64,000 nt of DNA, taken from assembly GCA_051294375.1 (NCBI GenBank), contig CM119263.1, positions 3,103,573 through 3,167,572 of the forward strand, read 5' to 3'. Positions 14,199 through 46,714 of the stretch are shown here, in pieces. Both the position numbers and the translations under genes were made by a program. The DNA comes from Paraspadella gotoi. Taxonomy: Eukaryota; Animalia; Chaetognatha. The notes beneath the pieces are model-generated. The model was not told the origin of the DNA. It saw nothing but the letters and a program-made list of their open reading frames with translations, and ran no database searches. How positions within the stretch are numbered: position 1 is the first letter of the stretch; each line of letters opens with the position of its first letter.

Positions 14199-14498
14199 AA
14201 TCTCAATGAGGCCACTCCTCAATCTCAATGCCCAAAAGCGTCCAATCCTTCAGAGTTTCTGTCTCCATTTTCTAATCTCAACAACATTTTTCTTCTTTAT
14301 TTTTTATTTTCTTTTTTTAATTTATTTTTCTTTTTTTTCGTCTTTTCTTATTAATTTTATTCTCCCTTTACATAGATATTTCTATCCCTCTCTCTTTCTC
14401 TCTTTTACTTTCTTTTTCTTTTTCTTTTTCTTTCATTCCTCCCAGAGATGTGGACGCNNNNNNNNNNCCACATCTCTGATTCCTCCAATTCAAAATTC

Positions 14499-14586
<88 letters not shown>

Positions 14587-15103
14587 TCCCAATTCAAAAT
14601 ATTCTCTCTCTCTGTCTCTCTCTCTCTCCCCCTCTTTCCCTTTCTCTCTTTCTCCCTCTGCTTTTCCGTTTTCTTTTCTTGATTTATCGAGTTCGTGTTC
14701 AAAACGAAAAATTGAAAAAAATAAAATGTCATTTCCTTTTCTTCACAACGAGATTGAAATTTTAGGAAATTCGATCGGACAGAAAAAAACTTAAAAAAAA
14801 AAAATAACATCGTTCTCTCGACATCTGATGTTATTTTTTTATTCTTTTATTCTTTATTTCTTAGAAAAAAAACTTTCTCCTCCTCCTCCTCCACCTCCTC
14901 CTCCTCCTTACCCAAGAAACGGTTCCTCATTCTTGCTCTCCTTCGCTCCTCTCGTTCTTCCTCCTTCTTCCTTCCTTTCCTCTTTCCTCGCTTCCTGCCT
15001 TTCCTTCTCCTTTTCTCCCAGTTTTCCTTCTTTCTCTTCTTTCCTTCCTCCGCTTTTCGCTCCTCTCTCGTTGACTTTGGAAAATGTGAAAAGAAGAGGG
15101 GAC

Positions 15104-15174
<71 letters not shown>

Positions 15175-17917
15175 TTAACGCGCGGCGATTAATTTTAAAC
15201 TTTTCCGCCTTAAAATTAGCCGGATGTCATTAGCGGAGATGAAAGGAGAAACTCAGGAGAACGGCGACATAAAAAGGAGTGAAAATTAAGAAAAATGTTG
15301 GGTAAGATTGGGTAAGATTGGGTTAGTTTGGGTCAGCTTTTCATTAGTCTGAAAATTTTAAATTTACTCCGAGTCGAGCCTATGATGGTCGATATCATTT
15401 TGACTCATCTTCGTCATCGTCGTCATCGTCGTCATCATCGTCGTCGTCGTTTTCGTCGTCCTCATCGTCGTCGCGGCCCGACTGCAGATGGCGATGATCG
15501 CGCTTCTCGTTTTGAATAACAAAAGACTCAGTGTGTGACGCTCTCGGAATGGCGGGGGTTTTCAGTCGGCGGCGTCGGCAGCGACATTGCCGTCCCAACT
15601 CTTCGCGCCCCGGGACGAATACTGGGGGACTGAGTCCTGTCATTGACGTTCCTTGCAACGACGACGACGACGACGACGACGACGACCACGTTTTTAAATT
15701 TCTTTCCTTTTCTTTTTCCTTCTTTTTTTCCTTTTTTTTTCTCCCTTTTTTGTTTCTTTTTTGTTTCTTTTTTTGTTTCTATTTTTGTTTCTTTTTCGCT
15801 TCTCATCTTTCAAATGAATCACAATTCTTTGTATTCCAATCCTTCTTTCTAATTTATTCAAAATCTCCGTTTATAAAATAATCTTTTTTTTTCCCCTCAG
15901 TTTAACTAAAATGACGCGAAAAAAACCGAAACTCTTACGCCCCCTGGATCTTTGGTTAAAGATGAAACCGGGCGGTCTGCCCTTTCCGCCCCCCCCACCC
16001 CTGGTATTCACCCCCCCATCCACCGGCCTGTATCCCCCCACCCGCCGCCAACCCTGGGGGCATCGAAGCGAGAAAGGCGACGGACCGTTAACCCTTGACG
16101 ATTAACTGGTCACGGTTGGAATGACCTTTTTATTTTTAATTCATGAAAAAAACATACAAATATAAGTTTGATAATTATTTTAATCTTCAGCTTCTATCAG
16201 ACGTTTATATACATTTGTACAAATGAATAATTAATATAACATAATATACTAATAACTTGTTTCACTTTCACTATCTTCTAAATTTATTATTAATAATATT
16301 CTTTATATTTTTTTATATTTTTTAATTAACATTGTACAACGGGTCCTACCGTGATTAAGATCTGCAGCGCAAATTATGCAAATTGGCGTAACGGCGAACG
16401 AAGATCCATAAATCGACTCATTCCGAACTGAGGCGGCCGTGTCAAGAAGAAGAGGGGAAGGCAGTTGAGATAGAGTTGGCGATAGATTTTGAGTTCTCAT
16501 TATCGAGGCATTGGGGAAAGAAATAGACTAGAAATAGCTGAGATCCATTGTTCATTTTAGACCCCATGGTAGGCCGTGTCAAAGCTCGAATAGTATCACC
16601 ATTCAAAGGAGCCTCCTTAGGTGTAACAACAACCAAAGGAGCCTCCTTAGGTGTATCACCACTCAAAGGAGCCTCCTTAGGTGTATCACCACTCAAAGGA
16701 ACCTCCTTAGGTGTATCACCACTCAAAGGAGCCTCCTTAGGTGTATCACCACTCAAAGCAGCCTCCTTAGGTGTATCACCACTCAAAGGAGCCTCCTTAG
16801 GTGTATCACCACTCAAAGCAGCCTCCTTAGGTGTATCACCACTCAAAGGAGCCTCCTTAGGTGTATCACCACTCAAAGCAGCCTCCTTAGGTGTATCACC
16901 ACTCAAAGCAGCCTCCTTAGGTGTATCACCACTCAAAGGAGTTGTTCCCGAGTGCGTTTTAAATTCAAGAGGTGGTGGACCTGGTGGTGTCGTCATCTGT
17001 GCCGCAGCATCGAGGGCCATTGTGGGAAGAGATAATGGGCTCCTCGCTTAAAGAGGGAAAGAGATTCATCACAACCAAACGTCATTTCGAGTCAAAGTTA
17101 AATCCGACTATTCCGACCCGGGGCCATTCCGACACGGGGCCTTTCCGACACGGGCCATTCCGATCAAGTCCATCCCGACCCGGGCCATTCTGATCCTCGG
17201 CCATTCAGACACGGGCGATTCCGACCCGGACCATCAAGAACAGGCAATCCCGACCAGGCAATCCCGACCGGGCAATCCAGACCGGGCGATTAATTGAGCG
17301 CAGTTAGCGTTCAAAACGTGACGTGAATTGCGAAACGACGAACGGCGTGTAATTAGTTTTAGACGCGCGACATCGACCGTGGAATCGAATGTGTAGCCCG
17401 CGTGGCATCAAGCATCTAGCATGGCATCCAACATGGCATAAAAGGTGGCATCTAGCGTGGCATCGAGCGGGACATCAAGCGCTGAATTTAGCGAGAGTGG
17501 TTGTGGTTCCACTTTGAAATATTTCGTGTCGTTTGAGACGTCAATGGTTCAATACTCAATCCCGAGGTGCGGGAGAAAGCGAGTTGAAATAAACGAATCA
17601 AATTACTGTATAATTATAATTACAATCTTGTATGATTATCACCGACGACGACGACGACGACGACGACGAAAAAGACTTGCGCGGTTTTTCTTCGCCAACG
17701 TAGACCAACAAACAAAAGACGTAAAAGAAAACAAAGGATGAAGCAATAACGAGGAATTATTGCGGACGTGCCTGGCGACAACGACCTCTGGGGACAACGA
17801 AGCGGACATACAGACAGAAAGAGAGACAGACGGACAGACAGACAATCGTAGCCAGTCGGAAAAGGGAAGACTTATGAGGAAAGCGTCGACGCTGACGACG
17901 AAATTACGACAGAGGGG

Positions 17918-18004
<87 letters not shown>

Positions 18005-18128
18005 ATCGACGACCTTCTTACGACGAATTATGGTCAATAACCGAAACTACTAAGGCGTAAGACTGCGTTTGTCGATTGAAATGGGAAAAAGAGAGTAGAA
18101 AGAGAGAGAGAGAGAGAGAGAAGAGAGA

Positions 18129-18199
<71 letters not shown>

Positions 18200-19645
18200 A
18201 AGGGAACCTAAGCGAAAATGAATGAATAAAGAAAGACATTTGAATTCGATGAAGCAGAAAAACAAAAATGCAAAAAAAAAAAGAAAGAAAAAATTTGCGA
18301 AAAAACCGAAAAAAAAAAAACCCAAAAAAAATGATTCGAAAAAGAAGAAGAAATAAGAGAGAGATAGAGATAGAGATGATGAGAAAAGGTAGGAATGGGA
18401 GAAGGAGGAATAGAAAGAAAGAAAAGGGAGTAAAAGAGAAAACGAGAAATCGAGAGAAAGGAAATTAATAAATCTCAAAAAGGGAAAGAAATAACATGAT
18501 GGAGAAAAAAGGAAAAGAGAGGAAATATAGAAAAAGAAGGAAAGGGAAGGAAAGAAAGATAGAGGAGGAAAGGAAAAAAGGTATAGGAGGAAAGGAAAGA
18601 AAGGGAGAGGAGGAAAGGAAAGCAAGATAGTGGAGGAAAGTGAAAAAATGAGAAGAGGAAAGAAAAGCAAGGAAAGGGAGGAAAGGAAAAAAAGAAGAGG
18701 AGGAAAGGAAAGAAAGATATAAGAGGAAAGGAATGAAAGGTATAGGATGAAAGGAAAGCAAGGGAAGGGAGGAAAGGAAAGAAAGTGAGAGGAGGAAAAA
18801 AAAAGGAGAAGAGGAAAGGAAAGCAAGAGAAGGGAGGAAAGGAAAGCAAGGGGAAGAAAAGGAAAAAAGGAAGAGGAGGAAAGGAAAGAAAGCAAGGATG
18901 AAAAGGGAAAATAATTTAGACGCGAATCTCTTTACCTTCATTCGATCGTTTCTCAGAATCTTTTTTCTTCGCCACCGAATTCGTCGTCGTCTTCGTCGTC
19001 GTCGTTTTTGTCGTCGTCGTTTTCGCCGGCGGCTGCTGCTTATGCGACGGCTGAGGCGGCCGCGGCGGCGGGGACGGAGTTACTTCGTCGTCGAAGTTGT
19101 TGGCGGAAGACGTCGCTGAGAGCGACTCTTCTTGCTCCTCTTGGATTCGCTCCAGTTTAGGAATTTGGGAGGCGAACCTGGAAGAATGAATGAATGACTT
19201 AAGGAATGAATGAATAAATGAATGAGTACGTGAATGGATAAGTCATTGAGCTAGGATATGTGATGCAATAAAAAAAATTGTCAGGATCATAAAACGCAAC
19301 AGAAATTGAGATCAAAACGAATAAGTTAAGAGAAAAATCCTTTCCATTTAATTTTTATGTTAGCCTTATTTTTATCCGGGAAAGTGAAATTTAAAATATT
19401 TCTTGATATCGAGAAATGCAAAACTCGTCATTAGTAACGTCGCTTCAAAGTTAAATATTTTGAAAATTAGACTTTCTATGTATTAATAAGTGAGTCATCT
19501 GAGCGAATTTTAATTTAACTATTGCGTCATAATATATAATATATAATTAAACGAAGAAATATAAAATGAGTATAATAATACTTAAGAATCTCGCGTATCT
19601 CCTCCCTCGACCCATTTTCCTTCTCCCCAAATCTCGCACCTTCTG

Positions 19646-19715
<70 letters not shown>

Positions 19716-22103
19716 GTTCTCTTCTCTCTCTCTCTTCTTTCTCTTGTCTCTTTTTCGAAAACACAATCTATTTTGTCCGAAAGATAATTGGCAGCGATAC
19801 GAAAGGATCAGTGGAGTTTTTCCCTTCGGGGATGCCANNNNNNNNNNNNNNNNNNNNNNNNNNNNNNNNNNNNNNNNNNNNNNNNNNNNNNNNNNNNNNN
19901 NNNNNNNNNNNNNNNNNNNNNNNNNNNNNNNNNNNNNNNNNNNNNNNNNNNNNNNNNNNNNNNNNNNNNNNNNNNNNNNNNNNNNNNNNNNNNNNNNNNN
20001 NNNNNNNNNNNNNNNNNNNNNNNNNNNNNNNNNNNNNNNNNNNNNNNNNNNNNNNNNNNNNNNNNNNNNNNNNNNNNNNNNNNNNNNNNNNNNNNNNNNN
20101 NNNNNNNNNNNNNNNNNNNNNNNNNNNNNNNNNNNNNNNNNNNNNNNNNNNNNNNNNNNNNNNNNNNNNNNNNNNNNNNNNNNNNNNNNNNNNNNNNNNN
20201 NNNNNNNNNNNNNNNNNNNNNNNNNNNNNNNNNNNNNNNNNNNNNNNNNNNNNNNNNNNNNNNNNNNNNNNNNNNNNNNNNNNNNNAGAGATAGGAAGAG
20301 AGAGAGAGATAGGAAGAGAGCCAAATGGGGACGAGACAAAAAAGAAAGAAGCGCCAATGAAAGAGATAAAAAGATTAATTAAGAAAAGAAAAAAATCAAA
20401 GTTACGAAGAGAAGAATTTTCAACGGAAAAAGTTCCAGACTTGGATTCACTTCGCACTCACCTCGACTGTAAAACGAACTTACCCAAATCCTACACGCAA
20501 TCCTTCTTACCTCTCTTAAACCTATTGAGATTGAATTCGTTAATCTTATAGTACGATAAGTATCTAAAGTAAAATATCATACTAAGATCTCAAAATAATT
20601 TTAAGTTATAAACAATACTAAAAAATATACAAAACTAAAAAATAAACCACATTTAAAGGCAGAGTACAAACTTGTGATAAATAGCATAATTTACAACAAC
20701 ATGCAAATAATAAAAACGAATTTTATCTAAATAGGTATTACACCAAAAAAAAAACCCTTCTTGGCCAATCACCCCAGATCCAGCCCAAGCCCCTTCTCCC
20801 ACCTCGGAAATGACTTGGCCTCCAACAGCGCCATCTCTTGAGCGTCAAATTCGTCCAACGTCTCCGTCAAATCCGACGCCGGCGACGACGCGGCGCCGCC
20901 AACGCCGGTGACGCCGTCGTTCAGAATTGCCACCTGCGGACGGAAGAGGACGTCGTTGTTGTTGTTGCCTTCGTCGTCGTCGCTTTCAGTGATCTAATCC
21001 GGAAACCGTCGTTATGACAACCAACAACCGTCGTCATGACAACCAACAACCGTCGTCATGACAACCAACAGCCGCTTTATCGAGTTTTACGCCAGACGAA
21101 ACTTTTTGTTTGTTTATCGACGCGAAAATAGAAAGAAAAAAAAAACATTTTAGTTTCTCTTTCGTCGAAAGAAAAAAATAATAAAAACCTTTTTTTCTTT
21201 TTTGCTAAAGAAAAAAAAAACTTAAGTCGTCTTTTCTAATAAAAACAAATCCTTTTTCTCATCTGGAAGTAGAAGGGGGGGAGAGAGAGGGGAGAGAGAT
21301 GGGAGAGATGAAGAGGGGGGAGGAGAGAGGAGCAGGGAGAGGAGAAGGCGGTAGAGAGAGGAGGGGGGTTGAGAGACGAGACGGGAGAAAGAGAGTTGAG
21401 AGGGGAGAGAGAGGGGCGAGAGAGAGGGGGGAGAGAGAACGGGGGAGGCGCATCGGTTGATTATAATTTTGTTGTTATCAGTCCGTCTGTCTTTTCGGTC
21501 CGTCTGTTGTGATTCCTTAACTTCCGTCTGATAACGATTTCCCAACGAAATGATATTTTGATAATATGATATTACTGCGCTGATGTTATTCATCGGTAAA
21601 ATCGTTATCATGATCGTCGTAATATCATCATCATCATCATATTCATTATTATCTCCATCACCATCATCATCATCATCATCATCATCTCCATCACCATCAT
21701 CAACATCATCCTCATCATCATCATCACCTCGTCAATAGCGACGCCGTCGTCGAAGAATCTCGCGGCGTCGCCACCTTCCGGCGTCACGAGTCCGTGAGGC
21801 GACGCCGGCGGAGAAGTGAGGGAGGAAGACTCCTCCTCAACTGGGAGAGATGGAGGAGAGAGAGGGAGAGGGGGAGGAGGAGAGAGGGGAGGGGAAAGAG
21901 AGGGAGAGGGGGAGAGAGGTTGAGGGAGAGACAGAGGAGAAAAGAGAGGGAGAGGGGGAGAGAGGGAGGGAGGAAGGAAGCAGAGAGAGGGGAAGATTGA
22001 AGAGGGAGAAGAAGAGACGAAAATGAGAGAGTTGGGAAAGAGAGGGAGGGAGAGGATGGAGAGGGAAGATTTTTCAAAAGGTAAGAGTTATAATGATGTA
22101 AAG

Positions 22104-22166
<63 letters not shown>

Positions 22167-23057
22167 CTTACGCCTTTTATCGCCCAGACGCGTGAGTTTG
22201 ATTGCCTCATCGTTCACCTTTCACCGTCGCCTCCTTCTCCTTCTCTCTTCCGTGAATCTTTTCTTTCACTCACTTTTACTTTTTCTTTCACTTTTTCTTT
22301 CACTCACTTTTACTTTTTCTTTCACTTTTTCTTTCACTCACTTTTACTTTTTCTTTCACTTTTTCTTTCACTCACTTTTACTTTTTCTTTCACTTTTTCT
22401 TTCACTCACTTTTACTTTTTCTTTCACTTTTTCTTTCACTCACTTTTACTTTTTCTTTCACTTTTTCTTTCACTCACTTTTACTTTTTCTTTCACTTTTT
22501 CTTTCACTTTTTCTTTTACTCATTTTTACTTTTTATTTTACCTTTTCTTTCAATTTTTCTTTTACCTACTTTTACTTTTTCTTTCACTTTTTCTTTCAAT
22601 TTTTATTTCTCTCAATTTTACTTTCTCTCTCACTTTTTCTTTCACTCACTTTAACTTTTTCTTTTACTTTTTCTTTTACTTATTTTTCCTATCCTCTTTT
22701 TTTTAATAAGTATTTTTTAATTTTCCTAATGAGCTTATATTCTTTTTTTTACGTTCTTTTCTCTTAATACTCTTAATTTTCTTTTTTTTTCTGAACAAAA
22801 TCTTCAATTAATATTTTTTTTCTTTTCCCTTTTTCTCCTTTTAACGTTTCGTCCCATGTTTTCCTAATCACGTTTTAAATAATTAAAAGAAGAATTCTAT
22901 CTTTTTACTTCATTTTCCTTTTCCTTCTTCCACTTTTTCCTAGTTTCCTTTCCATTTTTTCCTTCCTCCACTTTTTACTCCTTTTTGCTTTCCCTCCATT
23001 TTTTTTTCTTTCGCTACACTCGCGTTAATTACCGCAAATTAAAGTAATTTGCCTCCA

Positions 23058-23090
<33 letters not shown>

Positions 23091-23187
23091 GAATTAAAAG
23101 AGAATCAAAGAAGGAAAAAATCAACTTAAGAAAAAAAAGTAAATTAGGAAAAAAAAGAAAACAAACCAAAAAAAAAGAAAAAGAGTG

Positions 23188-23228
<41 letters not shown>

Positions 23229-24859
23229 TAAAACAAGAATAGAACAAAATGAATCAAAAATGATTAAAAAGACCAATGAGGACAAAAAACAAAACAAAAA
23301 CAACAAAAAATAATATCAGATAAAAACGAGAGTAAAACAAGTAACGTAAATAAAGCGAGGCCGATCGAACAAAATGAACGCGAACTGACGCCGTCGACGT
23401 CGAAAGAGCGCCACGTCACTAGGCGGTGTCGATTGAGGAGAATGTGACGCCGGAAATGATTTCTATTCTCAATCTCTCAGTACAACTGCACTAACCAGTG
23501 GCCATTGGCCGATCCTCTTTAAGTCCTCCCCCCCAACACGCTCGGCCCCGCCCTTTTACCGGTAGACTTTGGCGCTACGCCATCGTCGAAAGAATCCGCG
23601 CCGCTGACGCCGTGACGCTTGGTCGTTAACGAGAACTGAAAAGGTTTTTTACAATGTTTTTCATTCTAAGATTAAAAAACAAATTAATCTTGAGTTTTCG
23701 CTAAAATTGGACGCATTTGGAAAATAAAGCCGGGATTCGTTATGAACTGACGCAATATCGTGAAGCTACCGTTTTCATATTGTATATATTTGTACAATGT
23801 ACATTTATCCTTCGTCGGCTCCTTTATTGTCTCCTTCGTCGCTATGGTAATTTCTATTTTTAGCTTTCCTCTCGTGACGCGAGATGTCGTATTTTTGTAG
23901 ACATTGCGTCATCCCTCTTTCTCGGTTTCGGTCCGGGCATGACCCTCCCTTTATTTTACTATGTTCTGAGGCATGTTTCCAGCTCGGGCATGCTTTTTTC
24001 ATGTTTTCCGTGAGAATGAGACATTCGAGATCTGAGAAGATTCTCAGCGTTTTTTTTCGTTTATCATCCAGAAAATACTGAGTCGCCGGAAAGGCACTCT
24101 CAATTAGTATACTTCTCAGTCAATTCTTCATTTCCAATTAAGGCTTTATTTTGCTTTCGCCAACTAAGTACTAAAACGGGGGCTTCAGGGTTAGGAATGG
24201 TTTAGGGTTAAGGGTAGTTAACGTTAGGGTAGATTTTAGTAATTTTATCCAAATCTATTTAGTTTTTAACTTCGTTCGATTTTCTTTACCGGTTGATTTG
24301 GCGACGTTGGCCTTTGCGTCGGCGACCTCGGTCTCTGCGTCGGCGAGGTTGGTCTCTGCGTCGGAGAAGTTCGTCTCGGCGGCGACGGCGGCCAGGGCGG
24401 CGAAAAGGCGGCCGCGTGATCCGGCGTCTCCACTTCCGACAAGAGACCTTCCATCGAGGCGTCCTCGTCGCAGGGATCCCCGCTTAGGGGGGGGGGGGAA
24501 TTGTCAGGTTTTGTGACATTTTACGGTTTAGTGATAGATAAGTAGCTGTTTTGTGTTTAATGTTTAGTGATATAGAGAGTAACTTGAACGTTCGATGATC
24601 TTTTGTTTCATCACAGTCGCCACCTACTGATTATCCACCCACTCCCCCCACCCGTCAAACGCCCGCGCCCTCTACCATCTTCCTCCTTCTCAAACCTGTC
24701 GCCTCTGGCTCCAGTAATTTCGTTGGCAACGCGATGAAGTCCAGCGTCTTCGGCGCTGCCGCTGCGGGCGCCGCTGACGACGCTGCATTCTAAGCGCGGC
24801 TGCTGCGGCGGCTGAGGCGGCGCCGACGAAGACTGACTTCGCCCCACGTGGCGCCGCAT
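1..24859 (-). CDS. Uncharacterised multi-exon, low-complexity protein of about 1200 aa or more; 3' end runs off the window
   Basis: Exons found by AG/GT boundaries with matching phases: 24696-24859 (ATG, MRRHVGRSQ...), 24290-24482, 23560-23635, 21728-21840, 20803-20933 (in-frame alternative acceptor at 20993), 18936-19177, 14912-15074, 13644-13826, 13204-13349, 12151-12538, 11455-11518, 11343-11373, 10073-10327, 8951-9932, 8595-8658, 7887-8024, 6718-6878, 6287-6399. Candidate exons 649-726 and 1-22 follow, with phase unresolved across the N gap. The frame stays open across the chain except for a 1-nt deficit in 6718-6878, which the duplicate copy near 3296 does not have. No recognisable domain. 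Confidence 0.65.
930..1400 (+). repeat. Purine-rich degenerate tandem repeat (AAAGAATGATGAAAAAAAGAAGAAAAAAAATGAAGAG-like units), intronic
   Basis: Recurring A/G-rich units; source of the spurious poly-Lys and poly-Phe ORFs. Confidence 0.8.
1561..2458. other. Assembly gap (N run)
   Basis: Run of N; other gaps at about 6972-6996, 14458-14466 and 19837-20286. Confidence 0.99.
2459..3370 (+). repeat. ~0.9 kb direct duplicate of 5920-6823, containing a second copy of one exon (2835-2947) and a truncated copy of another (3263-3370)
   Basis: Near-identical sequence differing mostly by single-base indels; identity stops abruptly after ...TTCTCAAATG at 3370. Confidence 0.9.
3517..3850 (-). pseudogene. 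Small basic Polinton/adintovirus virion-associated protein (frameshifted)
   Basis: Fragments RIKRHIPVL...MKALSEICL...MKKYRKQI... ending in an intact QKGGFLAALIGTLLPTIIGSILSGVRR*. An xGG motif followed by a hydrophobic tail, directly downstream of the ATPase, is the usual arrangement in these elements. Confidence 0.7.
3884..4519 (-). pseudogene. Polinton-type A32/FtsK-like genome-packaging ATPase (frameshifted)
   Basis: Motifs in order across frameshifts: QPFNMVISGSTN-GKSEFV (Walker A), SVLL-TDDLM (Walker B), IFTVLSHHRKINHIFI, MRTISL, KNPRDRS, LGSQMYP, YNSATRENY, FIDSKPNQDDKIRLRTKIFPGE. This matches the motif order I recognise from Polinton/adintovirus ATPases. Confidence 0.85.
5232..5655 (+). 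repeat. Subterminal tandem repeats of the Polinton fragment (about 4-5 copies of ~85-100 bp)
   Basis: Recurring ATGACCATCCTATGACTCACGTGACTTAACG...CCAAGATCCATTATCCACGTGA units. Confidence 0.85.
16592..16940 (+). repeat. 30-bp minisatellite, about 11.5 copies (GTGTATCACCACTCAAAGGAGCCTCCTTAG)
   Basis: Near-perfect 30-bp units; minus strand reads (SGDTPKEAP/AL)n within ORF 16442-17020. Confidence 0.95.
17102..17290 (+). repeat. ~20-bp degenerate tandem repeat (CCGACCCGGGCCATT-like)
   Basis: About 10 imperfect copies; resembles transposon subterminal repeats but no TIR or TSD was found. Confidence 0.7.
22258..22680 (+). repeat. ~34-bp pyrimidine-rich tandem repeat (CTTTCACTCACTTTTACTTTTTCTTTCACTTTTT)
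   Basis: Directly visible tandem units, degenerating rightwards. Confidence 0.85.
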
Positions 24860-25726
24860 TTGAAAAAAAAAAATTATCGAATAAAAAAAAAAGGCTTAAT
24901 TCGTCGGCTTTATTTATTTTCTTTTTTGAAATTTTTTATTATCGAATTTTGACTTTTGACAAAAATTTTTTTCAGAAAATAATTTTTCTCGTTTCTGTTT
25001 TAAAATTCGTTTAGTAAAAAATGAAATTTGAAAAAAGTTTTTTTTTTTCGAGAGCAACTAAAAACGGTAGCGGGGATTTGTCCGCTACGAATCTTTTCGG
25101 ATGTTTTCTTATTATTTTTTAATTTTTTTTTTTTTCAATAATAGATCGCTGTGAACATTTTGTAAAACATCGTACGCAAAAGCCCATTGCTTTGTCTTCG
25201 TCGTTAATGAAATCTCGAAGGCGGCGTCATTAGCTAGGCTAAGTCGTTACCCACCTCGAACCCGCGAGGAGACCACCTCCTCCTCCTCCTCCTTCTCCTC
25301 CTCCTCCACCACCACCCGATGGAGCCCAGCTGAGGGTTTTTTTCCGAGTCACTTCGCTTTCCACCGAGTCGCGATACGGATCTCCTGGACCCATCGTAGA
25401 CGAGCTCTCGGGATTACACCGAGCATTTATTTACTCTCCTTCGTTATATTTCTTCTTTTCACTTACTTTACTGATCAGGCGGACAGTTCCAGGTCCCCAG
25501 AAAATATGGTTGAAACTTAACCATTTCCCCAAATTCACTCGCAATTCCTTTCATCTTCGACTCATTTTCACCATCTGTCACCATTTGTCACCATCTGTAA
25601 GCAATTTTAATCTACATCAACTCGACAACTTTCTCAACTCGTCAATATCAACTTTTTTTTCGTGGCTTATTATGATCGAGGGCCTTTTTGTCACAGCTTT
25701 TAATCTCGAACCTTTTTACTCAACAG

Positions 25727-46714
<20,988 letters not shown>

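Noticed and set aside
15368-15640. Additional exons of the minus-strand orphan gene, also at 22171-22260 and 23032-23090
   Set aside because: Splice-like signals are present, but the frames contain stops or phases do not fit; flanking exons join correctly without them.
24185-24232. Telomere-like TTAGGG words, also at about 48900-48927 and 13465-13515
   Set aside because: Only a few degenerate copies; not an interstitial telomeric array.
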